64,000 nt of DNA. Source: Clostridiales bacterium. GTDB taxonomy: Bacteria; Acidobacteriota; Aminicenantia; Aminicenantales; UBA8522. The translations under genes and the position numbers were made by a program. The stretch is from the NCBI GenBank assembly GCA_029907205.1, contig JARYMI010000008.1, positions 20,031 through 84,030 of the forward strand. Direction: 5' to 3'. Shown in pieces: positions 17,367-25,880 of the stretch (the stretch's first letter is position 1; each line of letters opens with the position of its first letter). The notes beneath the pieces are model-generated. The model was not told the origin of the DNA and did no database searches. It was given only the letters and a program-made list of their open reading frames with translations.

Positions 17367-17819
17367 ATGAAATTTTCGAGTTTTGCCGAGGTCATCCAGT
17401 TTGCTGTCAAGAGGGAGGAGGAAGCGGCCAGGAATTACGGCAAGCTGCTCAAAATGGCCAAAGAGCAGGCGTCGAGGAAGCTCGTCGAGGATCTCCGCAA
17501 GGACGAGGAGAATCACAAGAAAATACTCCTGGGGTTGACTAAAGTCAAAGTTGACGCCGCCGCGAGCAAGCATGTCAGGGATCTGAAAATCAGCGACTAT
17601 CTGGTCGCCGAGCCTCTCACCCCCGACATGAATTTCCAGGACCTTCTCATTTTCGCGGCCAAAAAGGAAAAGAAAGCCGTTGACCTGTACACAAGCCTGG
17701 CTAACAAAGCCAGGAAGAGGGAGCAGAAAAAACTGTTCGAGTTCCTGGCCAAACAGGAAAAATCTCATAAGCTTCGCCTGGAAATCGAGTACGAGAGACA
17801 TGTGCTGTGGGAAGATTGA
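17367..17819 (+). CDS. Ferritin-like (rubrerythrin-family diiron four-helix-bundle) protein
   Basis: Two repeated E...ExxH helices (REEEAARNY...DEENHKKIL and KKEKKAVDLY...QEKSHKLRL). AAGGAG RBS. Confidence 0.72.
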   Translation: MKFSSFAEVIQFAVKREEEAARNYGKLLKMAKEQASRKLVEDLRKDEENHKKILLGLTKVKVDAAASKHVRDLKISDYLVAEPLTPDMNFQDLLIFAAKKEKKAVDLYTSLANKARKREQKKLFEFLAKQEKSHKLRLEIEYERHVLWED

Positions 17820-17880
17820 GACCTCGGCAGGTTGCGTCTCGTTTGCTTGAACTCCTGATAAGATAATAAAGGAGAGAAAA

Positions 17881-18042
17881 ATGGAGAAGTGGGAATGCAC
17901 GGCCTGCGGCTACGTCTATGACCCAGAGAAGGGAGATCCTGATAACGGCGTCAGCCCCGGGACTCCTTTCGATAACTTGCCGGATGATTGGGTCTGCCCG
18001 CAATGCGGAGTGGGCAAGGAATTTTTCCAGAAGGTCGCCTGA
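17881..18042 (+). CDS. Rubredoxin (53 aa; not in the ORF track)
   Basis: Hand translation: [53 protein letters not shown]. It has the classical CxxCG...CPxCG pattern, and AAGGAG lies upstream. Confidence 0.9.
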   Translation: MEKWECTACGYVYDPEKGDPDNGVSPGTPFDNLPDDWVCPQCGVGKEFFQKVA

Positions 18043-18067
18043 TCGCTCAGGAAGCAAGGGTCCTAAA

Positions 18068-19270
18068 ATGAAGGTGATCGTCATCGGCAACGGGCTGGCC
18101 GGGACCATGGCAGCCAAGACTCTTCGTGAGCTGGATTCAGGGGTTGAGGTCCACGTCTATGCTGAAGAGAAGTACCCATACTATCCTCGTCCAAACCTGA
18201 TCGAGTACATTGCCGGAAGGCTGCCTTATGAGCGTCTCTTTGCCTTCTCAGAGGACTGGCATATCCGGCAGAACATCGGCATTTATCTGGGCAAGCCGGT
18301 CAGGAAGATCCATCCGCCGTCCAGGAAAATCGAGATCGAGAGCGGCAAAGAGGAGAGCTATGACGCCCTTTTGGTGGCCAACGGCGCTTCGTCTTTCATC
18401 CCGGCCATCAGGGGGTCAGAAAAACGAGGAGTTTTCACGCTCCGGACTCTCGACGATGCCCAGGCCATTCTCGACTATCTTAAGGACCATTCCAAGGTCG
18501 TTGTCATCGGGGGCGGGCTCCTGGGATTGGAGATCGCCCGTGCTCTCAAGAGCCGGGGGGCTGAGGTCGAAGTGGTTGAATTTTTTGACCGGCTGCTTCC
18601 TCGCCAGCTGGATCAGCACGGAGCTTCTCTTCTCAAAAAGCAGATCGAGGGCCAGGGTATTCGTGTCCGCCTGGGCGTCGCGACTGAGGAGATAGTAGGG
18701 CAGAAAGAAGTCACAGGGTTGAGGTTTAAAGGAGGAGAAGAAACAGTCGCAAACCTGGCCGTCATCGCGGCAGGAGTCAGGCCAAACCTTGGGCTCCTCA
18801 AAGAAGCCGGGTTGACGACAGATAAAGGCCTCCTCGTTGATGATTTTCTCAGGACAAACCTGCCCCAAATATTCGGCGCCGGAGACAGCATCCAGCACGA
18901 TGGAAAGGTCTACGGCATTATTCCTGCTTCCTTCGACCAGGCAAGGACAGTCGCTTACAACATCCTCGGCGAGCCAAAAAAGTACGAAGGAACTGTTCCC
19001 TCAAACACCCTCAAAGTCGCCGGCATTTACATGACTTCGGTCGGAACAGTGAACCCAGAGGGGCTGGATTACCAGGAAATCAGGACACTTAAGGAAGAAG
19101 AAGGGGTCTACAAGAAAATCGTTCTTCTGGGCGGAGCCATGGTCGGGGCCATCTGGATGGGAACAAAAAAGGGCGCGAACGAGATCGTCAGGGCCGTCAC
19201 CACCAAGCGCCGGGTGAGCCAATGGGTTAACCACCTGCTTGAAGACACGTTCGATTTTTCGGTCCTATGA
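18068..19270 (+). CDS. FAD-dependent pyridine-nucleotide-disulfide oxidoreductase, NAD(P)H:rubredoxin reductase-like
   Basis: Two dinucleotide folds (MKVIVIGNGLAGTMAA and VVVIGGGLLGLEIA). Located directly downstream of rubredoxin. The start was trimmed from 17918, which overlaps rubredoxin, to the ATG at 18068. Confidence 0.8.
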   Translation: MKVIVIGNGLAGTMAAKTLRELDSGVEVHVYAEEKYPYYPRPNLIEYIAGRLPYERLFAFSEDWHIRQNIGIYLGKPVRKIHPPSRKIEIESGKEESYDALLVANGASSFIPAIRGSEKRGVFTLRTLDDAQAILDYLKDHSKVVVIGGGLLGLEIARALKSRGAEVEVVEFFDRLLPRQLDQHGASLLKKQIEGQGIRVRLGVATEEIVGQKEVTGLRFKGGEETVANLAVIAAGVRPNLGLLKEAGLTTDKGLLVDDFLRTNLPQIFGAGDSIQHDGKVYGIIPASFDQARTVAYNILGEPKKYEGTVPSNTLKVAGIYMTSVGTVNPEGLDYQEIRTLKEEEGVYKKIVLLGGAMVGAIWMGTKKGANEIVRAVTTKRRVSQWVNHLLEDTFDFSVL

Positions 19271-20286
19271 GAATCAGGGACATCCTTATTGTGCTTTCCT
19301 TTTCTCTTGGCATCTTTTCTCAAGAAGCGAAGGCTCAATTAAAAGCCAACGGTTATTTTTCCTTCCAGTACGAGAACGGAGAGAGCCAGGCCGAGTTTCC
19401 CGATGGAACGTTCAGACAGGTCCAGGCAGGCCTTCTTTTTGCCGGAGAATTGAACAAGATGTTCCTCTACGACCTCGAAGTCAGGTTCAAAAACGAAACC
19501 AGAGTTGAGATCGAAGAAGCCTGGGTCGCTATCCGGCCTTCGTCGGCTTTCCAACTGAGACTTGGCTGTTATCTCGTTCCTTTTGGCAAATACAACAGAG
19601 CCAGCCGGCCCCATGAGATAGACTTCGTAAAGGCTCCTCTCCATCTGGAGGCCCTTTACCCCGCAAGCTGGAGGGATATAGGGCTCTTGGCCGAGGGGAG
19701 CATCAGCTTCTTCAATTATTCTGGGTACCTAGGCAATGGAATGAGGGAAGCTCAAGACGTCCCTTCAGGTCAGCAATTCAAGGACAATAACAAGGATAAA
19801 GCAATCGGGGGAAGGGCAGGGGTCTTCCTGAGTCAATCCTTTGAGGTCGGTTTTTCCTATTACAGGGGAAAATATGACGATGAGGGCAGCCGCAGCCTAG
19901 TTCTGCAGGGAGCGGATGTCACCTGGCAGACAGATTCCTTCCTGTTTTTCTACGAGCACGGGAAGGCCCTCATTGATAACCCTGGCGAGTACGATCGGGG
20001 CGAGACAGAGGGCCATTTTTTTCTCTTTTCCCTAAGGACAAACAAATTTGCTCCTCTCATCAGCTACCAGGTTATGAAATCCGATGACCCCTATCACGGC
20101 CCTGGATATCTTGCTGGCGGAATCGCTGGGTCGGGAATTTCCTCGGAGCTCACGCGCTGGGCGGTCGGGTTAGCTTATCGCCCTTCTCCCGGCATCGTGA
20201 TCAAGATCGAGTATGATTTTAACAGGGAGAAGGACCTCAGCCTTAAAAACGACGTCCTTCTCGGCCAGGTCGCCGTTCAATGGTAG
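19267..20286 (+). CDS. Putative outer-membrane beta-barrel or porin-like protein
   Basis: Signal peptide MRIRDILIVLSFSLGIFSQEAKAQ, alternating beta-strand pattern, and aromatic C-terminus QVAVQW. Its ATG overlaps the TGA of the reductase gene. Confidence 0.55.
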   Translation: MRIRDILIVLSFSLGIFSQEAKAQLKANGYFSFQYENGESQAEFPDGTFRQVQAGLLFAGELNKMFLYDLEVRFKNETRVEIEEAWVAIRPSSAFQLRLGCYLVPFGKYNRASRPHEIDFVKAPLHLEALYPASWRDIGLLAEGSISFFNYSGYLGNGMREAQDVPSGQQFKDNNKDKAIGGRAGVFLSQSFEVGFSYYRGKYDDEGSRSLVLQGADVTWQTDSFLFFYEHGKALIDNPGEYDRGETEGHFFLFSLRTNKFAPLISYQVMKSDDPYHGPGYLAGGIAGSGISSELTRWAVGLAYRPSPGIVIKIEYDFNREKDLSLKNDVLLGQVAVQW

Positions 20287-20505
20287 CATCTTCAATCATG
20301 TGATTTCCTTCTGAGACAGAAGAGGGGGGTGGCGTGGTTCGGGGGTGAACCACGACAGGACCCCTCCTCTATAAAAGAAATGGAGGCGCTTCCCTCTTCA
20401 ATTCTGAGCTTGTCGAAGGCGCGGACTTCTGGTAGAATTTTATCTCCACGATTCATCTTGAAGGCTCGGTCAGGCATCCTGATTAATTCGTGAGGAAGGA
20501 TTCGT

Positions 20506-21831
20506 ATGTCCAACGTCATCGTCCTCGGGACCCAATGGGGAGACGAAGGCAAAGGCAAGGTCGTTGACCTTCTCGCGCCTTGTTTTGATGTTGTCGCCCG
20601 ATACCAGGGCGGCCACAACGCCGGCCACACCGTCTACTTGAACGGGCGTAAGCTCGTCCTCCACCTCATTCCTTCGGGCATCCTCCACCCCGGGACGCTC
20701 TGCCTTATCGGCAACGGCGTGGCCTTTCACCCGAAAGCGTTCCTCGAGGAAGTGGCAGCCCTCGAGGCGCTGGGCATAAGTGTCGACAACAACCTTGTCG
20801 TCAGCCGGAACGCCCACCTCATTCTTCCGTATCACCTTCTTCTGGAGAGCATTGCGGAAGAAAGAAGGGGCAACAAAAAAATCGGAACAACGAGCCGCGG
20901 CATCGGGCCTTCTTATGAAGACAAGGTCGCCCGCTGCGGGGTCCGAGTGGGCGACCTCCTCGACCTCGGTATCCTTGAAGAAAAAATTGCTGAAAACGTG
21001 GCTGAGAAGAATGAATTGTTCCGAGCTCTTGGCTTTCCCAGTGTTGATGCCGGTGAAATCTTCAGGGAATACGCCGCTTACGCTTCAAAGGTGGAAAGAT
21101 ATATCGGCGATGTCTCTTTCCTCCTGGCGCAGCAGACAGCGCAGGGCAAAGCTATCCTCTTTGAGGGAGCTCAAGGCTCTCTCTTGGACGTTGACCACGG
21201 GACCTACCCCTACGTGACGTCCTCGAATTCCACGGCTGGAGGCGTCTGCACCGGTCTGGGCATCAGCCCGACCAAAATCGACGCTGTCCTCGGCGTCACG
21301 AAAGCCTACACAACCCGGGTGGGCAGCGGGCCGTTCCCGACCGAAATGTCTGACGAACGGGGACGGCGCTTATCGGAACGAGGGAACGAGTTTGGAGCAA
21401 CAACAGGCCGGCCCCGGCGCTGTGGATGGTTTGACGCTGTCGGTGTGTCCCACTCCTGCCGGATTAACGGGATCGAGAAAATCGTCTTGACCAAGCCGGA
21501 TGTTCTTGACGCATTCGAGACCATTCTTGTTTGCACAAGTTACGGCTACAGGGGAGAGAAACTGGCGTCTTTTCCCACCGAGCCATGGATATTGGAAAAA
21601 ATCGTGCCCCAATATCGTGAGGTCAAGGGTTGGAAAAAACCCATCCACGGCCTGACTGATGCAGCTTCCCTGCCGGCTGCCTTTATCGATTATGTCAAAC
21701 TCATCGAGGACTTGATTGAGGCCAGAGTGGCCATCATCTCGACGGGCGTTGAAAGGAAGGACTCAATCCTGATCGATGAGGAGCTTGGAGGCATCGTCGA
21801 TCCAAGGAAAATACGAGCCAGCCTTGCTTAG
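20506..21831 (+). CDS. purA: Adenylosuccinate synthetase
   Basis: N-terminal P-loop VLGTQWGDEGKGKVVD. Full length, 441 aa. Confidence 0.95.
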   Translation: MSNVIVLGTQWGDEGKGKVVDLLAPCFDVVARYQGGHNAGHTVYLNGRKLVLHLIPSGILHPGTLCLIGNGVAFHPKAFLEEVAALEALGISVDNNLVVSRNAHLILPYHLLLESIAEERRGNKKIGTTSRGIGPSYEDKVARCGVRVGDLLDLGILEEKIAENVAEKNELFRALGFPSVDAGEIFREYAAYASKVERYIGDVSFLLAQQTAQGKAILFEGAQGSLLDVDHGTYPYVTSSNSTAGGVCTGLGISPTKIDAVLGVTKAYTTRVGSGPFPTEMSDERGRRLSERGNEFGATTGRPRRCGWFDAVGVSHSCRINGIEKIVLTKPDVLDAFETILVCTSYGYRGEKLASFPTEPWILEKIVPQYREVKGWKKPIHGLTDAASLPAAFIDYVKLIEDLIEARVAIISTGVERKDSILIDEELGGIVDPRKIRASLA

Positions 21832-21864
21832 AGTCGGCCAACTTAAAAAAAGGAGAGAAAAACT

Positions 21865-23337
21865 ATGCGCCTTACTGCCAGGACGAAGATCGATGAGCTG
21901 TTGAGAAAATATCCTTTTCTCCTGGATTTTCTTGTCGGCCTGACGCCAAAATTCTCCCGGCTGAAAAGCCCGGTTATGCGAAAAACAATCGGCAAAGTGG
22001 CCACGTTGCAGCAGGCGGCCAGTTTCGGGGGCATGTCTCTCCCAGAACTTCTGCGGAAGATCCAAGCCGAGATCAAGCGAGCCGGCGGGGAGGAGGCGGA
22101 ACTTGACCTGGCCGAGACGAAGAGCGAGCCGATCGCCTCAAAAGAAGCAAGGCTCGAAGTGCTCAAGGACATTATTCGTGAGCTCCATGAGGGAGGGGAC
22201 AGGGAAGAGTTGAAGAGGCGGTTTGCCGAGCTCATCCAGGATGTCAGCCCGACAGAGATTTCTGAGATGGAGCAGCAGTTGATTGACGAGGGAATGCCTG
22301 AAGAGGAAGTCAAGCGGCTTTGCGATGTCCATGTCCAGGTTTTCAAGGAATCCCTGGAGAGCCAGGTGCTTCCGTCCATGGTCCCGGGTCATCCTCTCCA
22401 TACGTTAGAGCAGGAAAACAGAGCGCTCGAAAAGATTCTGGAACGGTGGAGCAAGCTGCTCGGGCAGGTGGAGGCGACTGGCGAATCAGGCTTGAAGCAG
22501 CACAAAGATGCCCTCGTTTCCCAGCTCGCCACCCTGGCCGAGGTCGAGAAACACTACCTGAAGAAAGAGAATCAGCTCTTTCCTCTCCTTGAATCCAAGG
22601 GAGTGAGCGGTCCGTCCAAAGTCATGTGGGCCATCCACGACGATATCAGGGCCGGGTTCCGCGAGATCCGCCGGCTCATAGATTCCGGCCGGGCTGTTGA
22701 GCTCGCCGCTCTCGGCCGCAACCTGAGTGGGATGATATCGGACATGATTTACAAGGAGGAGAAAATCCTTTTTCCGATGAGCCTCGAAACGCTCAGCGAC
22801 GAGGACTGGGCCAGGGTCAAAAAAGGGGAGGAGGAGGTCGGATACGCCTGGGTTGAGCCAGAGAAAGAGTGGAAACCGGCTGTCCATGCTGAAGAGGTAT
22901 CGCCGCTCGCTTCTTACAGGCGGCCGCCGGAGGATGTGGCGCTTGACACAGGCTCACTCACGCCCGAGACTATTAACCTTATTCTTAAGAGGCTGCCCGT
23001 TGATGTCACCTTTGTCGACGAAAATGACACGGTCCGTTACTACTCCGCTTCTTCAGAAAGGATCTTCCCGCGCAGCCCGGCGGTCATCGGCCGCCGCGTC
23101 CAGAACTGCCACCCGCCGGCGAGCGTCCATGTGGTCAACCGCATCCTCGATGCTTTCAAGGAAGGCCGCCGTGATGTCGCCGAATTCTGGATCGAAATGA
23201 AGGAAAGATTCATCCATATCCGGTATTTCGCCGTTCGCGATGAAAACGGAGCTTACAAGGGCTGCTTGGAAGTCAGCCAGGATGTGACCGATATCCGCAA
23301 GCTCAAAGAGCAGAAACGGCTCCTCGACTGGGAGTGA
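21865..23337 (+). CDS. DUF1858/hemerythrin-like/DUF438/PAS multidomain sensor protein
   Basis: N-terminal DUF1858-type segment (IDELLRKYPFLLDFL...MRKTIGKVATL). Hemerythrin HHE-like helices. C-terminal DUF438/PAS (FVDENDTVRYYS...VQNCHPPASVH...EVSQDVTDIRKLK). Strong AGGAG RBS. Confidence 0.75.
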   Translation: MRLTARTKIDELLRKYPFLLDFLVGLTPKFSRLKSPVMRKTIGKVATLQQAASFGGMSLPELLRKIQAEIKRAGGEEAELDLAETKSEPIASKEARLEVLKDIIRELHEGGDREELKRRFAELIQDVSPTEISEMEQQLIDEGMPEEEVKRLCDVHVQVFKESLESQVLPSMVPGHPLHTLEQENRALEKILERWSKLLGQVEATGESGLKQHKDALVSQLATLAEVEKHYLKKENQLFPLLESKGVSGPSKVMWAIHDDIRAGFREIRRLIDSGRAVELAALGRNLSGMISDMIYKEEKILFPMSLETLSDEDWARVKKGEEEVGYAWVEPEKEWKPAVHAEEVSPLASYRRPPEDVALDTGSLTPETINLILKRLPVDVTFVDENDTVRYYSASSERIFPRSPAVIGRRVQNCHPPASVHVVNRILDAFKEGRRDVAEFWIEMKERFIHIRYFAVRDENGAYKGCLEVSQDVTDIRKLKEQKRLLDWE

Positions 23338-23443
23338 AAAAGGGGACGACTCTCCAGGAGGACCGTCTTCAAGTTGACATGGGCAGGCTGTGGTGGTAAA
23401 GATAGCCATGCCGAGTTTAATCGCCAAAAGAAGGAGGTATCGA

Positions 23444-23620
23444 ATGCCAACAAAAGCCAAGACTGCGAAAAAACCGACAGCTAAAATAAAGAAGGGGGAT
23501 GCCTACGAATGCGGCGTCTGCGGGTACCGCATAATCGTCGATGAAGCCTGCGGCTGCGCAGAAGAGCACGTCTTCATCTGCTGCGATAAAAAAATGAAAA
23601 AGGCGGCCGGGAAAAAATAG
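23444..23620 (+). CDS. Desulforedoxin-like small Cys-rich protein (58 aa)
   Basis: YECGVCGYRIIVDEACGC...HVFICCDKKM matches the desulforedoxin pattern Y-C-x2-CG...V...CC-x3-M. AGGAGG lies 7 nt upstream of the ATG at 23444; the track ORF starts earlier, at 23390. Confidence 0.55.
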   Translation: MPTKAKTAKKPTAKIKKGDAYECGVCGYRIIVDEACGCAEEHVFICCDKKMKKAAGKK

Positions 23621-23652
23621 GCCGGTTTGACAGAAATCCCACCCATCCCGCC

Positions 23653-24540
23653 ATGAAAAGCGTTGGTTTCTACATCGTCGATGTGTTTGCCGAAGAAAAG
23701 TACGCGGGGAATGAGTTGGCCGTTGTCCGCCGGGCCGGCTCTCTATCTGACCTGGAAATGCAGAAGATCGCCCGGGAGGTCAATTTCTCTGAGACGACAT
23801 ATATCCTAAAGGACGAAGAAAACCGGGGCGGTTTCGACGTCCGCATTTTTACCCCGAAGGAGGAACTTCCCTTTGCCGGCCATCCGACTCTAGGGACAGC
23901 CTTCATCATCCAGCAGGAAATCCTTAGGGCCCCGGTTAGAGAAGTTGTCCTCAACCTCAAGGTTGGTCCGATCCCCGTCACCTTCACCTACCGCGGCGAT
24001 GCCCCGGACATTCTCTGGATGAAGCAGATTAAGCCGAGGTTTGGAAAAACGATAGAGGCTGCGGCCGTGGCCTCTGCGATAAGCCTGGAGGACAGCGAAA
24101 TCGAAGGAAAGTTTCCGATCCAGGAAATCTCCACCGGCGTTCCCTTCATCATCGTTCCGCTGAAAACACTCCGTTCGGTGAAAAGAAGCCGGATCAACCT
24201 GGAGAAATACTCCAGCCTAATCAGGGGCACAGAAGCAAAGTCGATTCTTGTTTTTTGCCCGGAAACATACAGCTCGCAGAATGACCTCAATGTCCGCGTG
24301 TTTGCGGACTATTACGGCGTGCCCGAGGACCCGGCCACGGGGAGCGCCAATGGCTGTCTGGCCGGCTACCTGGCCAAGTACCGGTATTTTGGCTCACCCC
24401 AGGTCAACGTTCGGGTCGAACAGGGCTACGAAATCGGCCGGCCGTCTCTCCTTCTGCTCAACGCTGAGGATAAAGCGGGGGAGATCGGCATCTTTGTCGG
24501 GGGCAAAGTGATCCTGGTCGCGAGGGGGGAGCTGGTTTAG
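23653..24540 (+). CDS. PhzF-family isomerase
   Basis: N-terminus FYIVDVFAEEKYAGNELAVV, plus ETTYI and FAGHPTLGT motifs typical of PhzF/YddE-like proteins. Confidence 0.85.
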   Translation: MKSVGFYIVDVFAEEKYAGNELAVVRRAGSLSDLEMQKIAREVNFSETTYILKDEENRGGFDVRIFTPKEELPFAGHPTLGTAFIIQQEILRAPVREVVLNLKVGPIPVTFTYRGDAPDILWMKQIKPRFGKTIEAAAVASAISLEDSEIEGKFPIQEISTGVPFIIVPLKTLRSVKRSRINLEKYSSLIRGTEAKSILVFCPETYSSQNDLNVRVFADYYGVPEDPATGSANGCLAGYLAKYRYFGSPQVNVRVEQGYEIGRPSLLLLNAEDKAGEIGIFVGGKVILVARGELV

Positions 24541-24597
24541 CTCTGCTTCGCGCCGGTCACGAACTAAAACAAACGCATGTAATTTGACAAGACATGA

Positions 24598-24723
24598 GTG
24601 GCGTCCAGACCGCCCTCGGCCCCCCGAACCCCGGGGAACCAGTCCCGACGGTTCACCCCGTCGCAAGAGCCAACGGGCCCCCTTCCGCTGCGGGGGCTTG
24701 TGGGCGGCATGAGTGCCACCCAT
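24598..24723. repeat. Structured intergenic element, copy B (homologous to 13565-13683)
   Basis: P1 CCGCCC..GCCCCC (24610-24624) pairs with GGGGGC..GGGCGG (24692-24707). P2 is GAACC/GGTTC. P3 is CCCGT/ACGGG. It shares the loop AGTCCCG(A/T)CGGTTC and the CCTTCCGCTG tract with copy A. Confidence 0.55.
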
Positions 24724-24816
24724 TTATTATCGGTTTATTTATTGGAATCTGACCGGATGGCGTGAGCCGCAAAAGCGCACAATCCTTACTATTCCTATAA
24801 AATTACTTGAATTTTG

Positions 24817-24846
24817 CTGACAAAAGGAGTAAACTTTTATTATAAT
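24817..24846 (+). promoter_or_regulatory. Sigma-70-type promoter upstream of the OFOR-gamma and Fe-S assembly gene string
   Basis: CTGACA-N18-TATAAT, about 80 nt upstream of the ATG at 24925. Confidence 0.5.
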
Positions 24847-24924
24847 GAGGCCGCGCTCGATGCCTAAGAGGGAGCTTGAGTCTTCGGCGTTTCCCGGGAA
24901 GGACGGCAATGCCGGGGTTCAAAG

Positions 24925-25617
24925 ATGATTAAAGACCTGTCCGTGATGATTGCCGGAAAGGCCGGAGACGGGGTTCTCTTCACGGGCAATGTTCTGGCCA
25001 GGTTGCTCAAGCGGCACGGCTGGGAGGTTGTCACGGGCAGGGATTTTCCTTCTAACATACGCGGAGAACCAACCCGGTACACTATCAGGGCTTCGTTGAA
25101 TGAAAATTACGGCCCCGGCGATCTCGTGAACATCCTCTTGGCCTTTGACTGCGAGGCTGTATTGGATAATCTGCCGCTCATGGCCGCAGGCGGTATTGTT
25201 CTTTGTGATGGCGAGGTTGTCGTGAAGCCGCCAAGAGACCAGGCCGAAGGAAAGACGTTTCATAAGTTTCCGCTCCGACCCATGGCCAAGGAGGAGTTCG
25301 GGCATGAAATCTTCAAGAACATGATTGCCCTGGGCGCCCTCAACTTTCTTCTTGACCTTGAGACAGCTCTATTCGAAGAGGTCATCACCGAGATGTTCTT
25401 GAAACAGAAAGGCGAGGAGGTCGTCAGGAAAAACATCCAGGCGGCTGCTTATGGCTATGAAAAAGCCAGAGAAATCACTCTCGAGACGGAGCGGCATCCC
25501 CTGGCCAGAAAGGAGGGCGGAGAACGCCTTCTTCTTTCAGGTGATGAAGCCATCGCTTTCGTTGATCTTTCCGTTCGCCGTCAGGAACTCGAGAAAATCA
25601 TGGAAAATTTTCGTTAG
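24925..25617 (+). CDS. 2-oxoacid:ferredoxin oxidoreductase gamma-domain protein, apparently the truncated head of a gamma-alpha fusion
   Basis: Gamma-subunit signature IAGKAGDGVLFTGNVLARLL...DFPSNIRGEP. The last ~25 aa begin the alpha domain (LLLSGDEAIAF) and then terminate. No alpha or beta subunit genes follow. Confidence 0.7.
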   Translation: MIKDLSVMIAGKAGDGVLFTGNVLARLLKRHGWEVVTGRDFPSNIRGEPTRYTIRASLNENYGPGDLVNILLAFDCEAVLDNLPLMAAGGIVLCDGEVVVKPPRDQAEGKTFHKFPLRPMAKEEFGHEIFKNMIALGALNFLLDLETALFEEVITEMFLKQKGEEVVRKNIQAAAYGYEKAREITLETERHPLARKEGGERLLLSGDEAIAFVDLSVRRQELEKIMENFR

Positions 25618-25656
25618 CCGGGCTATAGTGATAGATGTTTCTGAAAGGAGAAATAG

Positions 25657-25878
25657 ATGAAAGAAAAAGTCGAAGCTGCCCTGAATAAAGTCCGTCCAGC
25701 CCTGATGGCTGACGGCGGGAACGTTGAGCTCGTCGATGTCCAAGATGACGGTGTCGTCAAGGTCAGGCTTACCGGCGCCTGCGGCGGTTGCCCGATGTCC
25801 CAGATGACCCTGAAGATGGGGATCGAGAGGCTCCTGAAGAAGGAAGTCCCCGAGGTTAAAGAAGTCATCGCTGTTTAG
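25657..25878 (+). CDS. NifU C-terminal (Nfu-type) Fe-S cluster assembly protein
   Basis: 73 aa, ...[18 protein letters not shown]..., the canonical Nfu CxxC motif. Confidence 0.85.
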   Translation: MKEKVEAALNKVRPALMADGGNVELVDVQDDGVVKVRLTGACGGCPMSQMTLKMGIERLLKKEVPEVKEVIAV

Positions 25879-25880
25879 AA

